Positions 18,190-25,449 of a stretch of 30,311 nucleotides of DNA are shown one piece after another (positions within the stretch are counted from its first letter, which is position 1; each line of letters begins with the position of its first letter). Under the pieces are notes generated by a model. It saw nothing but the letters and a program-made list of their open reading frames with translations, did not search any database and was not told the DNA's origin. A program made the translations under genes and the position numbers. Where the stretch lies: positions 1 through 30,311 of the IMG/VR virus record IMGVR_UViG_3300033518_000153; one strand, written 5' to 3'. Source of the DNA: a virus (Duplodnaviria; Caudoviricetes).

Positions 18190-18241
18190 TGGTCCGAGTG
18201 GACCGTTGTTGTTTGGTCTGGCCAAGCTGAGCTACACTCGG
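18190..18241 (-). pseudogene. Collapsed tRNA-Pro-like remnant
   Basis: CCGAGTG TAGCTCAGCTTGGCCAGA...CACTCGG ACCA; anticodon and T arms absent. Confidence 0.6.
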
Positions 18242-18651
18242 ATATCTTTTCTACGCTGCCAAGCAAGCTTCATTGCTTCGCTTTGTGTCTTCTTGTATTT
18301 ATCTGTCTTGTGGTTCGCAGAATTCTTATTCTGCATCATCTTGCTAGAAATTATCGCTTTGGTTTCGTCTGTATGAGCATCAACGCCGCCGGCGGCATTA
18401 AGTGATATTTTACTTCTATGCTCGGCTGTCTTTGGTATTCCTTTGTTGCCCTTGCCGCCTAACCTTGATTTCTCTAGCAGCATTTCTTCTTGGCCTATTA
18501 GTTTCAACAGACCCAAATACGCAATCTTGTCTTCAACTTTTCCGTATTGCTCATACAGCACACGATGCGCTTCAGCATGTTCTTCGATGGTCAACTCGAT
18601 TAGGTTAGTCGGATTATCGTCGCCGCCCATATGCCTGGGAATGATGTGATG
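18232..18651 (-). pseudogene. HNH/NUMOD3 endonuclease, 5'-truncated
   Basis: HHIIPRHMGGDDNPTNLIELTIEEHAEAH; first His pair lies upstream of the first ATG (18630). Confidence 0.7.
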
Positions 18652-18689
18652 GAGAGTCTTTCAGTCACGCGGTAAGCCGCGAGCTGTAT

Positions 18690-18773
18690 TGGTGCGGATA
18701 GAGGGACTCGAACCCCCACGCCTTGCGGCAATGCGTTCTAAGCGCATCAAGTCTACCATTTCATCATATCCGC
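18690..18773 (-). tRNA. tRNA-Leu(TAG)
   Basis: ATGCG-CT-TAG-AA-CGCAT, variable arm, CCA. Confidence 0.92.
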
Positions 18774-18780
18774 ATTAGTA

Positions 18781-18860
18781 TGGAGGCCTAGAATGGATTT
18801 GAACCACTACCTTTACCCTTGCACGGGTAACGAGTTAAATGCCAATTTCTCTACCAGGCC
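18781..18860 (-). tRNA. tRNA-Cys-like (GCA) with non-7-nt anticodon loop
   Basis: Acceptor GGCCTGG/CTAGGCC, U73-CCA, TTACCC-GTGCAA-GGGTAA. Confidence 0.55.
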
Positions 18861-18865
18861 AATTC

Positions 18866-19372
18866 TTAGAATTCGTTTGCTGACCTCGGAACCTTCTTTG
18901 GATCCAATTTGGGCAGCGGTTGTTTAGTCTCTTTGTAGGTTGATGGCCAACGTGCTGCCAGCAGTCTAGTCTTTACAATACGCACAATGCTCACTGTATC
19001 GCCCTGGTTGCCACCTAGCACATAGTAGTCTGTGGCGTCTTCGCCGACCAATATGCCCACGTGTCCTGCGTTTTCGCCTCGGCTAAACGCACCAATTGCG
19101 CCATACACTGGCTTGGTTGCTTTTCCTAGTAGGGCCCAGTTACGAGCCCAATATGGGTTCTCTCCAAGCGCACCTGGAAACGGTTCTTTGGGCAGTGAGT
19201 TCTTAATCACCGTCTCAGCAAAGTCACCGCACCATGGCAGTTTGGCTGGATCGCCCAGCGTCTTACCATCCGACTTGAGCCAAGCTCGCAGTTTGGTTGC
19301 GTCTCTACTTTCGTGTAGGCCCCAAACCTTTTTGGCTTCAACAATCCATGGTAGTTCTTTAACAGCTAACAT
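18866..19372 (-). CDS. TIGR02594-family (NlpC/P60/CHAP-like) cell-wall hydrolase
   Basis: PWI..A...G..E, PWC..F, AR.W, GHVG, VLGGNQ.D.V, RWP. Confidence 0.85.
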   Translation of the reverse strand: MLAVKELPWIVEAKKVWGLHESRDATKLRAWLKSDGKTLGDPAKLPWCGDFAETVIKNSLPKEPFPGALGENPYWARNWALLGKATKPVYGAIGAFSRGENAGHVGILVGEDATDYYVLGGNQGDTVSIVRIVKTRLLAARWPSTYKETKQPLPKLDPKKVPRSANEF

Positions 19373-19467
19373 AGCACATCTCCCGTTGCTATGTCTATAT
19401 TTATTGCCTCTGTGGTTTAATACAGTTTTTGTTATACTATGGTAAATAGTTCAAAGGAGATCAAACT

Positions 19468-19827
19468 ATGCCAAAAAAAGGTGAAGTTGTTAAAACGCAC
19501 TTATGCGAAACATGTGGCGAACGCAATCCAACTAACTTCAATCCCAGGATGAAAGGCACTTGCAAAAAGTGCCATACAAGGGACATTGAACGGCGTCGAG
19601 TATCGCGCAGAGAACTAGCCATTGAATACAAGGGCGGCAAGTGTGAGCATTGCGGTTACAACAAATTCCGTGGCGCTCTTGAGTTTCACCACAAAGACCC
19701 AACACTAAAGGATCCACAGGGTTTGAAGGCTGTCAAGCTTTCGAAGTTGTTTGCCGAAGTTGACAAATGTCTGCTACTGTGCGCTAACTGTCATAGGGAA
19801 GAACATGACCGTATACGTTATGGTTGA
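19468..19827 (+). CDS. HNH endonuclease
   Basis: KGGKCEHCGY...LEFHHKDP...E.DKC.LLCANCHREEH; TAAATA and AAGGAG upstream. Confidence 0.9.
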   Translation: MPKKGEVVKTHLCETCGERNPTNFNPRMKGTCKKCHTRDIERRRVSRRELAIEYKGGKCEHCGYNKFRGALEFHHKDPTLKDPQGLKAVKLSKLFAEVDKCLLLCANCHREEHDRIRYG

Positions 19828-20030
19828 ATATGCACCGAACCCTTATACTACATGGCCAACGCCAAGGCGGTCGAGCTAATCCCGCATCTTCTGGTTATCC
19901 CCAGCTGTATTATAGGACGCGTCAACGCCCGCCGCTCTAGTTCTTTCGGACCACAACAGTTGACGATTCGTCAAGTCGAGCATAGGACTTATTGGTGCTA
20001 GTGGAGGGACTCGCCTTTCACTAGCTAATT

Positions 20031-20105
20031 TGGTGCCCCAGGTCGGAATCGAACCAACACACTCGCCTTACAAGAGCGAACCTCTACCATTAAGGATACA
20101 AGGGC
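20031..20105 (-). tRNA. tRNA-Thr(TGT)
   Basis: TCGCT-CT-TGT-AA-GGCGA, CCA. Confidence 0.88.
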
Positions 20106-20108
20106 TTA

Positions 20109-20249
20109 TTAGTAACTTTTCTGTTCGGCATACCTTACTCGTCTTGAATGCCTACCATTACCTTTATTTTTAGATTTATACGTTGCAGTTTGCGAATGGC
20201 AATTCGGACACAATAGACTTAAATTTTCTTCGCTGTTATTTATCATCAT
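20109..20249 (-). pseudogene. HNH C-terminal remnant
   Basis: NNSEENLSLLCPNCHSQTATYKSKNKGNGR, similar to 16363..16644. Confidence 0.7.
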
Positions 20250-20282
20250 AACTAAAAAAGGTGCTGTCGCCGCTGAGCCACA

Positions 20283-20543
20283 CTAGCGTATTTCTTCGAG
20301 GTATTTATACACCTCGTCGTAGGACTTGAACATTCTGGTTCCACGCTTTGATACTACGCGCACATCGTCTCCGAAGCACTGCACTAGTCCAAATCCTGGA
20401 TACCTACCGTTACCAAGTCGTCTTGCATTCCATCTGGTGCGGCGCGCCCCTGGTGTCGCAAACTCGTGCGGTATACCTAGTATGTCTGCGCAGCGCCCGT
20501 AAAATTCTTCTTTCTCTTCGTTTGTCTTTTTCATATTGCCCAC
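20283..20543 (-). CDS. Hypothetical protein
   Basis: RRTRWNARRLGNGRYPGFGLV motif, 86 aa. Confidence 0.65.
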   Translation of the reverse strand: MGNMKKTNEEKEEFYGRCADILGIPHEFATPGARRTRWNARRLGNGRYPGFGLVQCFGDDVRVVSKRGTRMFKSYDEVYKYLEEIR

Positions 20544-20832
20544 TCACATACGGATATTGTTGTTTAGATAGGCCTGGCACTCCAACACGCCTTCTCGAGT
20601 GTAATGTTGTCTAGCCGGGTAGCTTGCGGCATTCCTCACACTTCTCATGCGGGCCTAAATTGTATTGCGCCGCTGAACACTACCACAGCGTTTGAGTTAT
20701 TTACTAATCCCGCTCCATGATCAGTGGGGTTGAGCCTCGTGCTATTACCTCATCCCACTCCACGTGGGCACCACGTGTCCGATTCAACACGGTGCACCGC
20801 GTCTCATCTTTTTCTGTGGCCTAGCGCAAACT

Positions 20833-20906
20833 TGGAGCGGGTGAAGGGAGTCGAACCCTCGTCTTCTACTTGGAAGGCAGTGGCTCTACCATTGAGCTAC
20901 ACCCGC
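20833..20906 (-). tRNA. tRNA-Gly(TCC)
   Basis: Canonical, loop CT-TCC-AA, TCCA. Confidence 0.92.
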
Positions 20907-20984
20907 ATTATCTCTTGCATACCCTGAAAAGGTTACCACCGTAGTGCGTCCCAGCTCTGTTATGGCTGGATGACCGTGCTGTTT

Positions 20985-21070
20985 TGGCGGAGCGGCTGGG
21001 AGTCGAACCCAGTGAACTCGAAAGTCCTACAGATTAGCAATCTGCTGCATTACCATCCTGCCCCCGCTCC
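20985..21070 (-). tRNA. tRNA-Ser(GCT)
   Basis: GCAGA-TT-GCT-AA-TCTGT, variable arm, GCCA. Confidence 0.92.
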
Positions 21071-21076
21071 ATTGCG

Positions 21077-21298
21077 TCACTTTTTAGTGCTGCATGTGAA
21101 CTCAAGTCCACTTTGTCTTGCAGCATAGAAGTGAGGCGTTGTAGTTTTGTATAGTGTCATCTTGATGAACCCTGGAAGGATCACCACAATCTTGTCTGCC
21201 GTGGTCTGGATCAACTCTGCTTCTTGCTTCTTGCCATTGTTCGTGCAGTAAACGTCTACCAGATCCTTGAACCTCGAGCTAGTATTGATGTCTGCCAA
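21077..21298 (-). CDS. Hypothetical protein
   Basis: 73 aa, AAGGA RBS, TTGACT promoter upstream. Confidence 0.65.
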   Translation of the reverse strand: MADINTSSRFKDLVDVYCTNNGKKQEAELIQTTADKIVVILPGFIKMTLYKTTTPHFYAARQSGLEFTCSTKK

Positions 21299-21386
21299 CT
21301 CTACGTTCCTTCTTTGTCAGTTAACTATAGCACTACCTAGTGCCACAGTCAACCTTTGTTTTTGGTGCGCGATGAGCGCATATTTT

Positions 21387-21462
21387 TGGTAGGGGATGAG
21401 AGGGTCGAACTCCCGACATTCTGCGTGTAAAACAGACGCTACTACCACTGAGCTAATCCCCC
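21387..21462 (-). tRNA. tRNA-Val(TAC)
   Basis: TCTGT-TT-TAC-AC-GCAGA, CCA. Confidence 0.9.
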
Positions 21463-21469
21463 AATGTTT

Positions 21470-21546
21470 TGGTGGACCCTGTCGGGATCGAACCGACGAA
21501 CCTCCTGAATGCAAATCAGGCGCTCTCCCAACTGAGCTAAGGGCCC
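21470..21546 (-). tRNA. tRNA-Ala(TGC)
   Basis: G3:U70, loop TT-TGC-AT, CCA. Confidence 0.93.
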
Positions 21547-21576
21547 TTTCTTATTTTCAATGTAACACACTATTGT

Positions 21577-22212
21577 TTAGGTGTCAACATGTTTATTTAG
21601 CACTCTTCCGAAACGCCAACCTGCCGGCACAGTATCTGTTGCTGATATCTTTTTGTTGTTAAGACCATCAGTAATCCATACTTTTCCAAACTGACTGTTT
21701 TTCTCTCCAACTGCAACCCCTTTTGAGCTGGCTCTTATTTTTTGCTTAGTCTCGCTGCTATGGGCTTTTCCTTTGAACCCATCGTGTCGTATACGTCCTG
21801 CTAGTCGTGCAGCCTCAAAGTTGTTACTGCATTGCGGATTTTTTCTTCCTCTGCGTTTTTCAGCAGTTTTCCTAATTCCGCGCATTTTTGATTCAGTTGG
21901 CAAGTTGTTGATGCCAAGTTGATTGATATAACCAAACCCGCCTTGACCGCCTACGCACAAGTTGTAGTTGTCTTTTCGTAGACACCATTCTTCAGTAACC
22001 AGCTCTTTTTCTTTTTGATTCATTTCGGCTTCTGTGCTGTAGACATGCAGTATGGTTTTAACGAAGTTCTCGGCGCCGTATTTGGCAATGGCTCTCTTCA
22101 GGTGCTTGCCCGAACCCATATAGCCGTCGTTGACTTGACTGGTTTCGTGCTTACCGATGTAAGTTTTGCCATTCACCAAGTTAGTGATTTTGTAGATGGT
22201 GTAGTATTTCAT
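21577..22212 (-). CDS. GIY-YIG (Seg-like) homing endonuclease
   Basis: YTIYKITNLVNGKTYIGKH...DGYMGSG...YN...GG.GGF, NUMOD3; likely start MKYY at 22212. Confidence 0.92.
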   Translation of the reverse strand: MKYYTIYKITNLVNGKTYIGKHETSQVNDGYMGSGKHLKRAIAKYGAENFVKTILHVYSTEAEMNQKEKELVTEEWCLRKDNYNLCVGGQGGFGYINQLGINNLPTESKMRGIRKTAEKRRGRKNPQCSNNFEAARLAGRIRHDGFKGKAHSSETKQKIRASSKGVAVGEKNSQFGKVWITDGLNNKKISATDTVPAGWRFGRVLNKHVDT

Positions 22213-22279
22213 GTTGTGCTCGCCTGCAAATGGAATAGTCTGATTGTTATTGCTATTTACCATTTGCAGGCGCTCTATG

Positions 22280-22350
22280 CGCGCTATGCGGGGCTCGAAC
22301 CCGCTACACCGGTTAGACAGACCAGTGAGATACCCATTCACCAATAGCGC
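22280..22350 (-). tRNA. tRNA-Asp(GTC), CCA not encoded
   Basis: Acceptor GCGCTAT/ATAGCGC, loop CT-GTC-TA, G73. Confidence 0.8.
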
Positions 22351-22550
22351 ATTATTCTGGTGCGTGTTTACTCCCTACACGCAGGTCCCACACATCACCG
22401 CAGCATACAAAGCCTGCTGGGCTACAACGTGCGTGGCGCTGGCTTTCTAGTTTTGACATGCTTTGGTCGGCTCACCGATTCGAACGGTTAAGTAATACGA
22501 GTAGTATCCGCATACCTACGCCAAAGAACGCTCGTAACTCATGTCAAAAT

Positions 22551-22625
22551 TGGCAAGGGTGGAGAGATTCGAACTCTCACTGCAAGGTTTTGGAGACCCG
22601 CCGACTTCCAGTATCATACACCCCT
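22551..22625 (-). tRNA. tRNA-Trp(CCA)
   Basis: Acceptor AGGGGTG/CACCCTT, loop CT-CCA-AA, GCCA. Confidence 0.88.
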
Positions 22626-22760
22626 ATAATCTGTAACCAGTTACTGGATTCGAACCAGAATCTACTCTAGGGCCAATTACTCCCATCACTGAGCGTGTTA
22701 ACCTGCATCACTGCAGGAAGGCTTACCATTCGCCAATTTTACAACCACAACCGGTAATCT

Positions 22761-22824
22761 TGGCTCCTTGTGCTGGGCTCGAACCAGCGACACTCTGATT
22801 AATAATCAGATACTCTAACAAGGA
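22761..22824 (-). tRNA. D-armless tRNA-Asn-like (ATT), possible pseudogene
   Basis: Perfect acceptor, anticodon and T stems; D arm reduced to TAGAGTA. Confidence 0.6.
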
Positions 22825-22832
22825 ACGATCTC

Positions 22833-23222
22833 TTAAACGCCGTAACGGTTGCGCTTTGGTTTAGCTACAACACTGGCTTTGTTTGTGTTTGGTGGTTCTT
22901 GGCTGCGCTGGCTTGTAAGCTTGGTGGGTGTAACACCCATCAATTTAGCAGCCTTGTTCATAATCTCAAGTTCTTCTGGCGTGTATGTGCCAACTAGGAA
23001 GTTTTCAGCATACGCACTTTCTTGGTCAAACGGTTGATCGCTGCTGGCTGCTGCCAACGCAATTCCCATTCTGTATTGCATGTAACTGTCAGTGTTGCGC
23101 AGTTGCTTGAATGCATTCATGCCGGTGTTCACTGCGTCAAACGCTGGATCAACCTCTCCAGGCGTTCCCATAGCGCCGTCACCGTAAACAGCTTCACTTA
23201 GTATTTCATGCAATCGCATCAC
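22833..23222 (-). CDS. Hypothetical late protein
   Basis: MRLHEILSE N-terminus, AAGGA RBS, TAAATA at 23241-23246. Confidence 0.75.
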   Translation of the reverse strand: MMRLHEILSEAVYGDGAMGTPGEVDPAFDAVNTGMNAFKQLRNTDSYMQYRMGIALAAASSDQPFDQESAYAENFLVGTYTPEELEIMNKAAKLMGVTPTKLTSQRSQEPPNTNKASVVAKPKRNRYGV

Positions 23223-23314
23223 GTGTCCTTTTGGCTACAGTATTTAGCCAAAATTCTTGCGTCTTATGGATTTGGCGTCCTGCGCTAGTGTAAACCCATC
23301 ATGTTCTTCTCACT

Positions 23315-23387
23315 TGGCAGGGGACCCCTGAATTGAACAGGGACCTGAACCGGCAATCGGGACTACGCTGCATTACACCAATCCCCT
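23315..23387 (-). tRNA. tRNA-like gene with degenerate anticodon arm (nominal TTG)
   Basis: Acceptor AGGGGAT/GTCCCCT, T arm, GCCA; loop GATTGCC lacks U33. Confidence 0.5.
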
Positions 23388-23576
23388 GTAACCTGCTAAG
23401 TTCTCCAACAACTGATTACCCAGCGCCTCTGGTGGAGCGTTTGTTGGATAGGCGTGCATTGACGCCTCGTTTTACTTCTAACATGTAGTCTTGTAAACTT
23501 TGGCCAATCTTTCCCGGTGTCAGCATTGTAGGATTTCTCATGTCCAAGAGCGCGGTTGCTTCGCTTCAGACTAACT

Positions 23577-23655
23577 TGGTCCGGGTGGCTGGATTTGAAC
23601 CAGCGTTCTCCTGTTTCCAAAACAGGCAGATTAAACCATGCTTTCCCACACCCGG
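23577..23655 (-). tRNA. tRNA-Pro(TGG)
   Basis: CCTGT-TT-TGG-AA-ACAGG, acceptor CCGGGTG/CACCCGG, CCA. Confidence 0.88.
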
Positions 23656-23663
23656 ATATTTTT

Positions 23664-23742
23664 TGGTTGCGCAGACTGGATTTGAACCAATGATCTCCAG
23701 CTTATGAGGCTAGCGAGGACGCCCTGACTCCTCTACCGCGCG
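23664..23742 (-). tRNA. tRNA-fMet(CAT), initiator-like
   Basis: C1:A72 mismatch, loop CT-CAT-AA, CCA. Confidence 0.85.
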
Positions 23743-23757
23743 ACAATTCTTTAGTTT

Positions 23758-23843
23758 TGGCTCGGACGGGAGGAATCGAACCTCCGCCAACTTAATGGGA
23801 CACTGGTTAACAGCCAGGCACATTACCACTCTGTCACATCCGA
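23758..23843 (-). tRNA. tRNA-Asn(GTT) with long variable region
   Basis: Acceptor TCGGATG/CGTCCGA, loop CT-GTT-AA, GCCA. Confidence 0.82.
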
Positions 23844-24130
23844 ACGATGTCTTGCCAGCGTATAACCAACAGTTGATCATACGCATCTCGTTTTCCTTTT
23901 CTGGCGTTCTCCCAACTTGGAAGATATTGCAAGTTATCTTGATGATGCTTGCCGCCGTTTGCTAGTGCAACTATATGATCGATCTGGTAACCAACTGGCG
24001 CATGTTTGTAAATGCGTTTTATTAGCTCAAGGTCGGCATCATCGGGCACCGCATTTCTTTTTCGTGCTCTATTAGGCATATACGTTTGCTTTGTTGCCGG
24101 CGCGCATCTTAGATATAACAGCGCCATCAC
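23834..24130 (-). CDS. HNH endonuclease, N-terminus probably disrupted
   Basis: YQIDHIVALANGGKHHQDNLQYL...EN..K; stop lies inside tRNA-Asn. Confidence 0.75.
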   Translation of the reverse strand: MMALLYLRCAPATKQTYMPNRARKRNAVPDDADLELIKRIYKHAPVGYQIDHIVALANGGKHHQDNLQYLPSWENARKGKRDAYDQLLVIRWQDIVRM

Positions 24131-24904
24131 CTGGACGACTCAGTGGGAATGATTTAGTAACACTGCACGACGGATTTGAACCGTCTCCCCTTTCGACCCG
24201 AGGGAACCGCCATATGACGCTTGGGTGCCCACTACAGTGTATGTGTTTGGCTCTATCCGCATTAGGACGATTTAACTGCTCTAGCCTCACAGTGCCGTGT
24301 CGTATGTGGTTCTACCAGCGGGCTGGCGACTTAGCTGACGCCCTCACTATCGTCAGTGCCGTGTTATATCTCTCCAGCTTGCAACCTCACGGGCTGCTCT
24401 AGAAGCGTTATTGTTTAGCTTCAAGGTCTCCCACTGGAATGACCTTTCTTGGGGCTCGCGCCGCCTTGGCTTGGAAACAAAACAAGACCGTCTGCGTTTC
24501 TACGCGCGTTGCTGCTCGGGGTTTCCCTGTTACAGTTGGCCCTTCCTGCACCTCGTCGATCTCGTTCTGTTTTGATATACGCACACCATGACGCTGGGAT
24601 TTCTCCGCTGACCGTATGCCGAATCGAACGACAATGCGTATATCAAAACAGAACAGCCATACTCAGTCTGGTTCGACCTACGTCTCCCAGCTTAGAGGTA
24701 TGACCCCTCTGTTTCTTCGGCCCGTCATCGCTTATCTGCTGGGGCCATCATACTAAATTTTCAATGAGCGTGTAAACTTTCGTCTACATAGCTAACTTAG
24801 CGCATCTTGTTTGCTTCGTCAACCACTATTTTGTCGTCTGTCGTATCTTTTTGTCTTCTTCTGGAAGTTCTGGTTTGCACCGTCTACGTTCCGTCTACTG
24901 TTAC

Positions 24905-24933
24905 TATATAAGCTGTCTCGTCGTGTTTGTCAA
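24905..24933 (-). promoter_or_regulatory. Sigma70-like promoter downstream of terminator B
   Basis: TTGACA-N17-TATATA. Confidence 0.6.
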
Positions 24934-24956
24934 TACCTATCTTCAACTTTTACAAG

Positions 24957-24990
24957 AAAAAACCCTCCTAGCATCGCTGCTGGAGGGTTT
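24957..24990 (-). terminator. Attenuator terminator B
   Basis: AAACCCTCCAGCA-GCGA-TGCTAGGAGGG-TTTTTT; homologous to terminator A with a compensatory pair. Confidence 0.9.
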
Positions 24991-25018
24991 CAAAAACTTT
25001 TGGACTGTTTCTTGTCCG

Positions 25019-25108
25019 TTAGCCTCCGTAACCCTCCGAGCATAGATCCACACTCGGATTTGTCCATCCGTTGCTACCTAGTGCTACTGTGTTGGCGAGT
25101 GTAAACAT
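25019..25108 (-). CDS. Putative attenuator leader peptide B (29 aa, MFTLANTVALGSNGWTNPSVDLCSEGYGG)
   Basis: AAGGA and ATAAATA upstream; GGAGGGTT (25030-25037) is complementary to terminator 5' arm; codons mirror downstream tRNAs. Confidence 0.75.
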   Translation of the reverse strand: MFTLANTVALGSNGWTNPSVDLCSEGYGG

Positions 25109-25197
25109 TGAAAACTATCGTCCTTCTTATCTTTTATTTATCTCTTGTAGTCTATAGACTACAGCAAATCGGCCTCGATCTGCAATATTTTTCTGCC

Positions 25198-25389
25198 TTA
25201 GGCCGTCCAGTATGCTTCGCTCGAGCAGTAGTTGGGCGTGGTCACCGCAGCTTTGGCAGCACGGGTCACCGCAGCTTTGGCAGCACGGGTCACCGCAGCT
25301 TTGGCAGCGGCTGCGGCAGCAAACGAGCTCCGGCCAGCTTTCGACTTAACAACCCGAGTCGTCACAGTGTCATAAACAACGTAGCCCAT
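25198..25389 (-). CDS. Small Ala/Lys-rich protein with tandem repeat
   Basis: GAGA-rich RBS, TTGACA promoter, RAAKAAVT repeats. Confidence 0.6.
   Translation of the reverse strand: MGYVVYDTVTTRVVKSKAGRSSFAAAAAAKAAVTRAAKAAVTRAAKAAVTTPNYCSSEAYWTA
25240..25308. repeat. 24-bp tandem repeat, about 2.9 copies
   Basis: GGTCACCGCAGCTTTGGCAGCACG, exact copies. Confidence 0.95.
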
Positions 25390-25449
25390 GGTGTATCTCT
25401 CTCTTGTTTCTATCGCCTACAGTTAACAATAGCACATCTAGCAGTGTTG

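Noticed and set aside
18161-18220. CRISPR-like short repeats (TTGTTTTGGTC, TGGACCGTTGTT)
   Set aside because: Units are too short with no spacers of CRISPR length; better explained as local duplication at a tRNA-Pro relic
22213-22344. N-terminal extension of GIY-YIG ORF in the ORF track
   Set aside because: Overlaps tRNA-Asp and a TAAATA promoter; the domain starts at 22212
24150-24780. tmRNA or RNase P RNA
   Set aside because: Could not find an Ala-type acceptor with tag ORF or RNase P conserved P4 motifs by eye
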